24,000 nucleotides of DNA from Fidelibacterota bacterium (lineage in GTDB: Bacteria; Fidelibacterota; Marinisomatia; Marinisomatales; TCS55): the NCBI GenBank assembly GCA_018651745.1, contig JABIDL010000030.1, positions 3,032 through 27,031 of the forward strand, in the 5' to 3' direction. Shown piece by piece: positions 15,658 to 24,000 of this stretch. Each line of letters begins with the position of its first letter. Position 1 is the stretch's first letter. The position numbers and the translations under genes are program-made. The notes below the pieces were generated by a model, which was not told the DNA's origin, made no database searches, and worked only from the letters and a program-made list of their open reading frames with translations.

Positions 15658-17778
15658 ATGGGACATTTTCAAAAAGGTACTGCAACAATTACGGCTGTTA
15701 TTTTTACCATGATTAGCCTACTGCTAACCATTGCCTATTTACGATATTCCTTGTCGGCTGCAGTCGTTGAAAAATATAGGTTTGCTGAATCGACCGCCAT
15801 ATTGCTTGCGGAAACAGGAATTAATAAAGAAGGGATGCCGAAATTGCCCTATTTATCCGATGAAGCTTTAGTGTTGGCAACCGAAAAAGTAAAATTCAGC
15901 GAAACGCCTGAATTTGATGGGTATTATCACGACGTTGTTTGTTCATCATATGTGAATGAATACGGGAAAACTTTCTTTTACGCTAGCGCCTGGGGAACGG
16001 TTGAATTTGAAAGTACGGAGGGGCAAACGGTAGAAATTAAACGGAAGGCCGAAGTCAACCTTGTTGCGGAAGATTTTTCAAAATTTATGTATTTCACAAA
16101 TTCAGAAGAACCGGGTGGTGGTCCGCAGGTGAGTGGAACAGTTACGTTTGGTGCATCTGATTCCCTTGAAGGGATTGTTCATACTAATGGCGAAATAACA
16201 ATGAGCAATTGGGGTTGCCCTGTGTTTTCGGGAAAGGTGAACGCTAGCGACGGGATTAATATGGCGAATTGTGAGGGAACATCTTTTGCGAATGCTACTT
16301 ACGACGACTCCGCGGACGTTATAAGTTATCCACCAACAAATACGGTTCAATTAGTTAAAAATGCAGCAGATTACGTGTTTACAGCTGATGATTTACTTGG
16401 GCGAGGTTCCATTAAAGATTCTTTGATTATGACAGAAATTGAATTTGTAACAGGGGGATTTAAAGTTGCACAATGGGCGTATGTTGTTCCTCCGATTACC
16501 TTAGATGGCCAACCTGTTCTTTCATTTACTTGGGATGAAGATAACTCAATTGCCGAGTTAGATAATGGAAAAATAGGTTTGGAACTTCCCTTTAATGATA
16601 TATCCGGATATGCCGGTGCAGATTCAGTTTTCATAAGCAGTTACGATTCTGAGGGTGAAGATGTTGATAACGTTTTGTCTGATTATGCTATTGGTGATAC
16701 TATTGTTATTTCTTCTGTGGATACAAGTTATAAATATTGGGCTGCGGTCATTACCTCTAAATCAACCACAGGAGGCAATCATATCTACAAAGTAAGTTAC
16801 CAAGAACAAGGCGCTTTTATTTTCGGTGGATTTGTAGATGGGGAGTCTGTTCAATTATCACACCGAACAGGATTAGAATCTGGAAGATTTAATCAATATG
16901 GTTTTTACCATAATCATAATGATAATGGTTCAATGTGTGCATCATCCGGTTTTCACCATTTTGATTTTGACCCACCAAGTAGTGGGGCTCAATATGTAAT
17001 GAATTGGACGATGTTTCATAGAGACAGAGCTGTGATTTATGTGAAGAAAGGTCAAGTTCGAGTTTACGGGGAGGTGGATGGACAGTTTACGATTGTGACG
17101 GATGATAACGTTGAATACAGGCGCCACGATGATTTACAAATATGGGATAGAGTATGGGGGAATATTTGGCTGATTGATGATGTTATTTATGCCGATTCAA
17201 ACCCGACTACCGGCGAGGTTGTATATGGCACATCCAATCGCTTAGGACTCGTATCCGGAGGAAATGTAATTATTGCGAATACTGCAGAAAACGGTGCAAG
17301 AAACAAAGCAAATGGTGCGGATATCATTGTCAATGCAGGCATTATTGCTATGCATGATTCTTTCGTAGCACATTATTGGCAGAATTCAGTTACCGGTGAT
17401 GCGGAAAATGGTTGGAACCCTTTTACAAATGCGCCATATTATGCTTCAAATCCTACAAATTCTAGAGCAGATGGACGCGGTACTTTTAGGAATCCAAATT
17501 CAATTTTGCAACAGGATACAGGAAATGATTTGCGTGGTACGGTAAAATTGTGGGGGTCGATTACTCAAAATTTGCGTGGATATTTGAAAAGGAATCCATA
17601 CGGTCCTTATGGTAATTACAAAATTGAATATGAAAAGAGTTATCATTACGATTATAATTTCAGCGATTTTTATGCGCCTCCCAATTTTCCCAATACAACG
17701 GGTGCTGACGGTGGTTTAAAATTAATTCTGAAAAGTTACAACGAAGTTCAAACTCGGAACGGAGGATCTGAAGGATGA
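15658..17778 (+). CDS. Giant PilX/GspK-like minor pilin candidate (706 aa) with predicted beta-helix/solenoid C-terminal region
   Basis: The N-terminus MGHFQKG-TATITAVIFTMISLLLTIAYL resembles PilX_N/GspK-type pseudopilin N-termini that lack E+5. The body has solenoid-like G/N/D turn motifs (GIVHTNGEITMSN, GKVNASDGINMAN, LVSGGNVIIANTAENG, ADIIVNAGIIAMHDSF). It sits immediately after two minor pilins. Confidence 0.55.
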   Translation: MGHFQKGTATITAVIFTMISLLLTIAYLRYSLSAAVVEKYRFAESTAILLAETGINKEGMPKLPYLSDEALVLATEKVKFSETPEFDGYYHDVVCSSYVNEYGKTFFYASAWGTVEFESTEGQTVEIKRKAEVNLVAEDFSKFMYFTNSEEPGGGPQVSGTVTFGASDSLEGIVHTNGEITMSNWGCPVFSGKVNASDGINMANCEGTSFANATYDDSADVISYPPTNTVQLVKNAADYVFTADDLLGRGSIKDSLIMTEIEFVTGGFKVAQWAYVVPPITLDGQPVLSFTWDEDNSIAELDNGKIGLELPFNDISGYAGADSVFISSYDSEGEDVDNVLSDYAIGDTIVISSVDTSYKYWAAVITSKSTTGGNHIYKVSYQEQGAFIFGGFVDGESVQLSHRTGLESGRFNQYGFYHNHNDNGSMCASSGFHHFDFDPPSSGAQYVMNWTMFHRDRAVIYVKKGQVRVYGEVDGQFTIVTDDNVEYRRHDDLQIWDRVWGNIWLIDDVIYADSNPTTGEVVYGTSNRLGLVSGGNVIIANTAENGARNKANGADIIVNAGIIAMHDSFVAHYWQNSVTGDAENGWNPFTNAPYYASNPTNSRADGRGTFRNPNSILQQDTGNDLRGTVKLWGSITQNLRGYLKRNPYGPYGNYKIEYEKSYHYDYNFSDFYAPPNFPNTTGADGGLKLILKSYNEVQTRNGGSEG

Positions 17779-18830
17779 TTCTTGGATTGGATGTAGGAAG
17801 GCAGGTTATCAAAACTGTTACTGTGGAAAAACAGCGATCCGGAGGATATAAACTTCTCCATGTAGCTCAACGGCTTATTCCGGAACAGCATAAAGCGTAT
17901 GACCCGGAAGCTGTAAGTCGTCCCATTGTTGTGATGGCAATAAAAGAAATCCTGAAACAGCAAAAAATAAATCCGAAACGTGTGCGAAATCTTGTAAGCA
18001 ATATCAACGGCACCAATGTCAGTGTTCGTCAAATCATGACAATGGATATGGCGACGGAAGAATTGCAATCAGCGCTCACTTTTGAGGCAAGAAAGCATAT
18101 TCCGATGGATGGCACAGATGCGGTCATTGATTTTCAAATCTTCGGCCAAAATCCCAATGAAGTGGATAAAATTGATGTTGGTATGGTCGCTTGTACGAAG
18201 CGCGTTTTGAATGGACATTTGGATTTATTAAAAGAATCCGGGTTTAAACCGGGAATCGTTGATACAGATCCCATTGCACTTTCTAATGCGTTTGTGTTAC
18301 ACCACGATTTCCCTGAAGAGGGTGTGATTGTGTTATTAGACATCGGTGCTGTATCCAGTTCCTTGGTGGTTTGGGGACAAAAAGACCAATTTTTTACACG
18401 AGACATTCCGGTAGGTGGACACTTGTTTGTAAAAGGATTATCAGATGTACGAAAAATGGATTATATAACGGCGCAAGATGAATTGTACAAAGATGGCGTG
18501 AATGCTTTTCAAGAAACAAACGGTACGCAGGAAATCGGTCTAGCCGAAACTCAGCGAACGGTTTTTGATAATTTAGTTGAGGATGTTCGAAGGTCACTTC
18601 GGTATTACGCTAAAACAACCAACCAAAGTTTCTTTCAAAAGATTTACCTTACAGGTGGCTGTGCAGGTACTCCCGGTCTTTGTGATTTTATTCAAAGTAA
18701 TTTGAATATTGATGTAGAAATATTTAATCCGTTCGCAACTCTAGATGGAACGGATGGGTTGGATATTTCTAATCCCGGCCAATACGGTGTAGCCGTTGGG
18801 CTTGCCATTCGCGGAGGGGTGGAAGCGTGA
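17775..18830 (+). CDS. pilM: Type IV pilus assembly protein PilM (actin-like ATPase fold)
   Basis: ILGLDVG N-terminus, DIGAVSSSLVV, YLTGGCAGTPGL and a C-terminal YGVAVGLAIRG. 351 aa. ATGA overlap upstream. Confidence 0.9.
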   Translation: MILGLDVGRQVIKTVTVEKQRSGGYKLLHVAQRLIPEQHKAYDPEAVSRPIVVMAIKEILKQQKINPKRVRNLVSNINGTNVSVRQIMTMDMATEELQSALTFEARKHIPMDGTDAVIDFQIFGQNPNEVDKIDVGMVACTKRVLNGHLDLLKESGFKPGIVDTDPIALSNAFVLHHDFPEEGVIVLLDIGAVSSSLVVWGQKDQFFTRDIPVGGHLFVKGLSDVRKMDYITAQDELYKDGVNAFQETNGTQEIGLAETQRTVFDNLVEDVRRSLRYYAKTTNQSFFQKIYLTGGCAGTPGLCDFIQSNLNIDVEIFNPFATLDGTDGLDISNPGQYGVAVGLAIRGGVEA

Positions 18831-19423
18831 AAAAATTTATCACAATTAACCTGAATCAATCCGAAACAAAGGAAGCACGGATTGAAATCTGGCGTGATCG
18901 CGTTAGATGGGGAATTTTTGGAATGATCATTTTGTTTTTACTGGGTGCAAACATCGGGGTGTGGATGATTGGGCAGGGATATCGCACACTAATTGAACAA
19001 AAACAATCTGAAATAACTCAAGTTAAAGAAGACATAAATAATCTTCGGAAAAAAGGAAAAAACCTATCTAAAGATGACATCATTTCCTTGGCAGATTTAG
19101 AGGGTAACAGATATCTGTGGGCGCGCTATCTTGAATTGCTGGGTGAAATGACTCCCGAAGATATGGCTTTGACAGGGCTAAAATACCGTAATAAGAAAAT
19201 GATTATTGAAGGGATTGGTGTTATTTATCAAGATGAGGAACAAAAATTTGAAATTGTGTACAATTTTATAAATACACTGAAACAAAATCGCGATTTTTCG
19301 GATAATTTTAGCAGAATCAAATTTGATCAAGGTTCGCGAAAAAAAGTTCGCGGGCAGGACATTTATGAGTTTAGAATTGAAGCAACGCTGAAGCCTGGCG
19401 GAAGGACACTGAAGTCATCATGA
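18827..19423 (+). CDS. pilN: PilN-like bitopic pilus alignment protein
   Basis: GTGA overlap with pilM. INLNQ N-terminus (compare the INLLP motif), a single TM helix (WGIFGMIILFLLGANIGVWMI) and a coiled-coil segment. Position directly after pilM. Confidence 0.7.
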   Translation: MKKFITINLNQSETKEARIEIWRDRVRWGIFGMIILFLLGANIGVWMIGQGYRTLIEQKQSEITQVKEDINNLRKKGKNLSKDDIISLADLEGNRYLWARYLELLGEMTPEDMALTGLKYRNKKMIIEGIGVIYQDEEQKFEIVYNFINTLKQNRDFSDNFSRIKFDQGSRKKVRGQDIYEFRIEATLKPGGRTLKSS

Positions 19424-19989
19424 AACAACGAAATACAATGTTATTCTTTGTGCTAATCGGGTTATCGGCTGTTTTTTGGCTTAACCTGAAATTTTCAATT
19501 TCTGATCATCCTGTAACAATGCTGGATTTGGAAGATGAACAGGAAGAATTAAATGAGCAGCTGATTAGTGCACAAATTTTAGCCAGTAAGCTAGATAGAG
19601 TCTATACCCTGTTTGATGAAAATTTAGCGATAGGAATTGCAGACTCAATTGCGGAAGATGCATCTATGCCCTTCTTACAGAATTTGACTGAAATGATGAA
19701 TGATTTAGGTGTAACTCTGATGAATATCAAACCCAAACCGCGTGAAAAAAGAGAAAACTATTTCAGTGCTCCATACGAATTACTGTTAAAATGTAATTTT
19801 GATCAGTTGGGAAAATTTGTTGCTGAAATTGAACGATCACCGAGATTAATTACAATTGATGAATTTCTAGTAAAAAATGGGATTGAACGTGTGAAAACAA
19901 CAACCTCAGAAGCAGATTTAAAAGAGCAAATTGTTGAGCTTCATCTATCCACTTTAACTTTGGTTAAATCTAAAGGATCATCGTCATGA
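19420..19989 (+). CDS. pilO: PilO/GspM-like bitopic pilus alignment protein
   Basis: ATGA overlap. N-terminal TM helix (MLFFVLIGLSAVFWL), a coiled-coil, then a ferredoxin-like C-terminal part (YELLLKCNFDQLGKFVAEIERSPRLITIDEF). Synteny after pilN. Confidence 0.6.
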   Translation: MKQRNTMLFFVLIGLSAVFWLNLKFSISDHPVTMLDLEDEQEELNEQLISAQILASKLDRVYTLFDENLAIGIADSIAEDASMPFLQNLTEMMNDLGVTLMNIKPKPREKRENYFSAPYELLLKCNFDQLGKFVAEIERSPRLITIDEFLVKNGIERVKTTTSEADLKEQIVELHLSTLTLVKSKGSSS

Positions 19990-20516
19990 GTAGAGAAAGA
20001 ACCGTTTGGGCTTTACTGCTGATCTTGAGTACCCTTTCAATCGGGATAATGGCGTACAAAGTGGCCCCGCTCAATACCAAATGGTCCGGGGCAAAAGAAA
20101 GAGCAGAACAGATTCAGTTCGGTACAGATGAGGAACTTGAAAAAGTGATTGAATTTTTAGAAACAAGACTATTAAATCGCAGTCAATACCAGTTTGCCTT
20201 GGATGAAGAACCGATGCGTCTTACCAATGTATTGTACCTCACAGACGCATACGGTCGTCCCATGCGATATCGAAAAACTGGGAAACTTCGTGTTACAGCA
20301 ATCATCGATGGATCTACCCAAAGAGCCATTGTTAATTATCGTGATAGGAATTTTGTAGTGACTGTAGGCGACTCTGTTGCCAAGGGTGAAGTAGTATGGA
20401 TTGATGCCGAAGAAGTGGTTATTATTTCAGAGAATAAAGAAATCCATTATAGGGTATCTGGACTAAGTGTAGAAGAGGATGTATCCTCAAAAAACGGACA
20501 GAGGAGAGAATATTGA
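19986..20516 (+). CDS. PilP/GspC HR-domain-like protein, TM-anchored
   Basis: ATGA overlap. N-terminal TM helix (VWALLLILSTLSIGIMAY) rather than a lipobox. The C-terminal beta segment LRVTAIIDGSTQRAIVNYRDRNFVVTVGDSVAKGEVVWIDAEEVVII resembles secretin-interacting HR domains. Position directly upstream of the secretin. Confidence 0.5.
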   Translation: MSRERTVWALLLILSTLSIGIMAYKVAPLNTKWSGAKERAEQIQFGTDEELEKVIEFLETRLLNRSQYQFALDEEPMRLTNVLYLTDAYGRPMRYRKTGKLRVTAIIDGSTQRAIVNYRDRNFVVTVGDSVAKGEVVWIDAEEVVIISENKEIHYRVSGLSVEEDVSSKNGQRREY

Positions 20517-20517
20517 T

Positions 20518-22014
20518 ATGAAACGGCTGATTGCAATCATGTGTATCGGGATACTGGGTTCCATATTACCCGCACAGAAAAATACAGAGAAAAATATTGG
20601 AACTGTTTCTGCAAAGGAGGCTATGGAACCGACACTGGTAACCATTCATGCCGAAGATGCATTTTTACCGAGTATTCTTGCTATTCTTGCCAGCGAAAGC
20701 GGATATAATATCGTTACAGATCCCAATGTGAACCGGCAGGATAAAATTACAATTCATCTTGATGCTGTCCCTATTGAACAGGCAATAAATCTTGTAGTTC
20801 GAGCTGTGGGCTTGAGTTATGAAGTTGTCGGAAATTCTTTTTTGATTGCAGAACCAAAAAAATTAGCCGAAGAGGTTGGTATTACATCTCATGTGGTGGA
20901 ATTAAAGTATTCCGATGCGCTTGAAGTCAAAGAATTATTGAAAGATTTGACAGAACAAATTCAAGTGGATGTTTCCGGGAATAAATTATTGGTGAATGCA
21001 TCGCCGAAAAAAATCGCTGAAATTGAAGAAGTGATTCGCGAAATTGATATTCCGGCAATTCAGATTATGCTAGAAACCAGGTTGATTGAAGTAGCAATGG
21101 ACGAGGAACAGAAAAACGGAATTGATTGGTCAAGACTCGCGAAATATACCACAATCCTTGCTGAAAGCGGCACACCTCCACACGGCGTAACCGGGGCCGG
21201 AAGCATCATTCCTGGATTGGGCCAAACCCCAAACGATGCCGGTACGGGAGTTGTGGAAGAATACGGCGATATGCCTTTTGAACAACTTCCAGCTGATATG
21301 CCATTCAACCGCCTCTACTACACCGATGCCAATGACCAAAGTATTCTGCCCACAAAATTCAGCCGCCAATTAACGGCATTTGATGTGACCCTTGATTTAT
21401 TAATGAAAGAGAACAAAGCAGAAGTATTGGCAAATTCAAAATTGGTTACGCTTAACGGGAGAGAAGCCTATATAAAAATGATTGACATTGTACCGTATAT
21501 TTTAAGTTCGGGCGGTGTGGGCGGACAGGTTCAGGTTCAGCGTGAGGAAGTTGGAATAAAACTGACGATTAAACCCAAAATAAACACAGATGGATACATT
21601 ACAGTAAAGGTAGAACCTGAGGTTTCGTCTATTTTTGAATTTATTGGACCGGACAACAACATCCCGCGGGTTAAAAGCAGGCTTTCTTCAACCACAATTC
21701 GGGTGCGAGATGGAGAATCTATCATTATTGGTGGACTGATTAGTAAAGATAAAACAGTTACGGAATATAAAGTCCCTTACTTAAATAAAATCCCGCTGCT
21801 GGGTAAAAAGCTGTTTACCAGTTCTTCTATGACAGACAGAACAACCGACCTTATTATTCAAATAACTCCAACGGTTGTTAAAGATAACTATACAGGAATA
21901 CTAAAGCGCCAAGACATGATTGAACTTGAAGAAACTGTTATTCAATTGAAAGAAATAGATTCAGATGAAGCTGAAACTGAATCGCAAGAAGAGGAAAAAT
22001 CTAATGAAGAATAA
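20518..22014 (+). CDS. pilQ: Secretin (PilQ/GspD family)
   Basis: ATG 20518 gives the signal peptide MKRLIAIMCIGILGSILPAQ. N0/N1-like domains (LPSILAILASESGYNIVTDPNV..., VVELKYSDALEVKELLKDL). Secretin core (ETRLIEVAMDEEQKNGIDWS, TTIRVRDGESIIIGGL, VPYLNKIPLLGKKLF). Acidic C-terminal tail. Confidence 0.9.
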   Translation: MKRLIAIMCIGILGSILPAQKNTEKNIGTVSAKEAMEPTLVTIHAEDAFLPSILAILASESGYNIVTDPNVNRQDKITIHLDAVPIEQAINLVVRAVGLSYEVVGNSFLIAEPKKLAEEVGITSHVVELKYSDALEVKELLKDLTEQIQVDVSGNKLLVNASPKKIAEIEEVIREIDIPAIQIMLETRLIEVAMDEEQKNGIDWSRLAKYTTILAESGTPPHGVTGAGSIIPGLGQTPNDAGTGVVEEYGDMPFEQLPADMPFNRLYYTDANDQSILPTKFSRQLTAFDVTLDLLMKENKAEVLANSKLVTLNGREAYIKMIDIVPYILSSGGVGGQVQVQREEVGIKLTIKPKINTDGYITVKVEPEVSSIFEFIGPDNNIPRVKSRLSSTTIRVRDGESIIIGGLISKDKTVTEYKVPYLNKIPLLGKKLFTSSSMTDRTTDLIIQITPTVVKDNYTGILKRQDMIELEETVIQLKEIDSDEAETESQEEEKSNEE

Positions 22015-24000
22015 TTATAAAATTCTCACTCCATTGTTGTCAGGATTTTTACTATTTGTTACGTGCGATGAACAAAATCCTGTGGATTCGAGTGGAAGCG
22101 GATCCGGCGCAGAAGGGGCAAAATATACGCTTACACTTTCTATGCAACCCATGGCAACCGATTCCCTAGGGAATTTTGTAAGTGTTGGGGAAGATTTTGC
22201 CGGAACTCAAGCAAGTTCTCCGTTCACGTATTTAACTGCTGCGCTAACAGATACTGCAGGTTTGGCTGTGTCGGAAAAACTTATCAGTTTCAAAGCAGAA
22301 GTTGGTGGATCTGAATTTGGTAGTTTTGATTTATCTTCTGATTATACCAATGCTACAGGAATTGTAAATGTCAAATTTTATGATGGAAGTAGTAGTGCAT
22401 ATGATAATTCAGCAACCCAGGTTTATGAAGGTGTGAAAGTGACAGCATCCTTTATTGCAACAGAAGGTAGCACGGATGATATTGTTACAGCTTCATCACA
22501 ATTTAGCGTATTTGATACATCTGCAGTTACCTTATGGCCATACAGTTTACTCTTTAACTCAGATAAAGAATCTATTAATCTTGGGGGAGACGCTAAAGCG
22601 ACGTTGGAAGCGAAAGTTTTAGCCAAGAGAAACAATACGCCGGTTCAGGGCGCTGATATCTTCTTTTATTCCAAGGATGATAAAGGACTTTTTGCAGATA
22701 ACTATAAAGCAACAGACTCGTCCGGAACGGCTTCCACAACATTCGAAGATACAGGGAATCCTGAAGAAGTTGGAGTCATTACATTAAGAGTTGCATTTGA
22801 TCACCCCAATTTTGGAACAGTTTGGGATTCAATCAGCATTACCATTGTCGATACAACGTATAGTGGAGTGCCTGCATATATTGAAATCCCGCCTGTGAAT
22901 CCAGGTGAATTAATTATTGTTGGTGGGGGTGGAATTGAATCAACCAATTTGAAGGCAAATGTTTATGATGAAAATGGTATTTTAGTAAATGAGCCAACTT
23001 TGGTTACTTTTACACTTGGCCCGAATATACCTGAAGGTGCGAACCTTAATAACGCAGGAACAACCGATACAGCTTATACTATTAATGGAGTTGCTACTGT
23101 ATCTTTAAACAGCGGGACCGGCCCCGGCCCTGTTCGGGTCACAGCAACGGTTTCTTATGACACTTCTTTTATTTCATCAAATGCTGTTCCGGTTATTATC
23201 GCTACCGGCCCTGCAATGAGTATTTTTCCGGATTATGATTTAAATGATGTTACACCAATTGGCGCTGGCTTTTATGAAATGCAGGTTGCTGCAATGGTGT
23301 ATGATCTGTGGAACAACCCTGTAGCGGATAGCACCTATGTGTATTGGTCCATGGCTATTTCCGGCGAAGACCTTGATGGAGTTCTTGCAGCACAAATTGA
23401 AGGTGTAAGTTTTACAGGAAATATGAATAAAGATGAAAATGCGTTCCCGGGAATGGCGTTCTCAACAATTATTTTCCCAAGCGGAGATATGCTTAGCAAT
23501 GCGGTGGTTACCTCATTGTGTTTTGGTGGGGATTTAAATAATGATGGTGTGTATGGAGATACTGTTATGGCCAGCGTTGACGATGGTGTAGTGTTGCCGT
23601 TTTATGAAGGTTCGAATGGATCGCTGACCATATTCGTGAGCGCAACGTATTTTGATTTTACTGTAAGTGGTACCCCTGCAACTATCACTGCGACCGCAAG
23701 ATTGTTAGATCATTATGCAAATCCGATTAAAGATGCGAGAATTTTATTTTCAGCATCAGCGGCAACTTCATACTCTGAATATGGGGAAACGCATTCAGAT
23801 GATGGGTGGGGCCCAACAAGCACAGGTGGCGGCGATGGCTGTTTTAGTTGGTTTGATGTAAATGAAAATTCGTGGCCAGATACAGGTGAAACATGGACAG
23901 AAACGTACACCGATTCGGATGGAAATGGTTTCTGGACTGGTTACCCCCATATTGTACAATGTGGAAATCCAATTGTGCGTACCGATGCAGATGGATATAC
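22004..24000 (+). CDS. Large lipoprotein with tandem bacterial Ig-like (Big_1/invasin-like) domains; 3' end runs off the window
   Basis: Not in the supplied track because no stop lies within the window. I translated 22004-23998 codon by codon and found no stop (665 codons). N-terminus MKNNYKILTPLLSGFLLFVTCDEQNP (signal plus lipobox-like Cys). Repeated modules such as ATLEAKVLAKRNNTPVQGADIFFYS...SGTASTTFEDTG, NLKANVYDENGILVNEPTLVTFTL...GVATVSLNSGTGPGPVRVTATV and ATITATARLLDHYANPIKDARILFSAS. The ATG overlaps the secretin gene by 11 nt. Confidence 0.8.
   Translation, partial: MKNNYKILTPLLSGFLLFVTCDEQNPVDSSGSGSGAEGAKYTLTLSMQPMATDSLGNFVSVGEDFAGTQASSPFTYLTAALTDTAGLAVSEKLISFKAEVGGSEFGSFDLSSDYTNATGIVNVKFYDGSSSAYDNSATQVYEGVKVTASFIATEGSTDDIVTASSQFSVFDTSAVTLWPYSLLFNSDKESINLGGDAKATLEAKVLAKRNNTPVQGADIFFYSKDDKGLFADNYKATDSSGTASTTFEDTGNPEEVGVITLRVAFDHPNFGTVWDSISITIVDTTYSGVPAYIEIPPVNPGELIIVGGGGIESTNLKANVYDENGILVNEPTLVTFTLGPNIPEGANLNNAGTTDTAYTINGVATVSLNSGTGPGPVRVTATVSYDTSFISSNAVPVIIATGPAMSIFPDYDLNDVTPIGAGFYEMQVAAMVYDLWNNPVADSTYVYWSMAISGEDLDGVLAAQIEGVSFTGNMNKDENAFPGMAFSTIIFPSGDMLSNAVVTSLCFGGDLNNDGVYGDTVMASVDDGVVLPFYEGSNGSLTIFVSATYFDFTVSGTPATITATARLLDHYANPIKDARILFSASAATSYSEYGETHSDDGWGPTSTGGGDGCFSWFDVNENSWPDTGETWTETYTDSDGNGFWTGYPHIVQCGNPIVRTDADGY

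Noticed and set aside
1-24000. Genome-wide reassignment of TGA (code 4/25) as the explanation for the in-frame TGAs at 1194 and 1203
   Set aside because: TGA terminates conserved proteins at their expected ends (ispG, comM, PilM, PilN, PilO), usually as ATGA/GTGA overlaps with the next start. Trp is encoded by TGG throughout. Standard code 11 fits.
1-24000. CRISPR arrays, tRNA/rRNA genes, and defence-island signatures (restriction-modification, toxin-antitoxin, retron or DGR-like reverse transcriptases)
   Set aside because: No spaced direct repeats, no cloverleaf-capable GC-rich intergenic segments and no RT, nuclease or methylase motifs were seen in any supported ORF. Intergenic space is too limited to hide such elements.

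Overview
All supportable genes in this roughly 41-42% GC bacterial window lie on the + strand and are tightly packed, with many ATGA/GTGA start-stop overlaps. Signal peptides ending in Q hint at an FCB-superphylum-like organism, but the taxon cannot be proven from the sequence. There are three blocks. (1) 1-3690 is a putative soft-metal handling neighbourhood: a cation-transporter-like membrane protein, a YdjM-like hydrolase, an outer-membrane beta-barrel, an HMA (CGMC) lipoprotein and a BNR/sialidase-fold protein with a CECC cluster. The barrel is joined in frame to its signal peptide only through two TGA codons (U-P-L-U), which are followed by a SECIS-like GGUC hairpin. That makes it a candidate di-selenocysteine protein. 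(2) 3766-12829 holds housekeeping and miscellaneous genes: two TPR proteins (one with a 52-residue poly-Lys/Arg tract), ispG, two small orphans, comM/yifB, a RAYT-like Y1 transposase homologue wedged into the operon and carrying an internal GTAG-type REP-like hairpin, an FMN reductase, proline iminopeptidase and an FNR-like oxidoreductase. (3) 13119 to the window end is one contiguous 11-gene type IV filament operon: Cys-free major (pseudo)pilin, PilT, two minor pseudopilins, a 706-aa PilX/GspK-like giant minor pilin, PilM, PilN, PilO, a TM-anchored PilP/GspC-HR-like protein and a secretin. Its last gene is a large Ig-like lipoprotein ORF that overlaps the secretin stop and is absent from the supplied ORF track because it runs off the window. 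No PilB/GspE, PilC/GspF or PilD is present. I found no rRNA, tRNA, CRISPR array or convincing terminator. The two leads I rate highest are the UxxU candidate selenoprotein in its metal cluster and the hybrid T4P/T2SS-like operon with its giant tip-pilin candidate and coupled lipoprotein.
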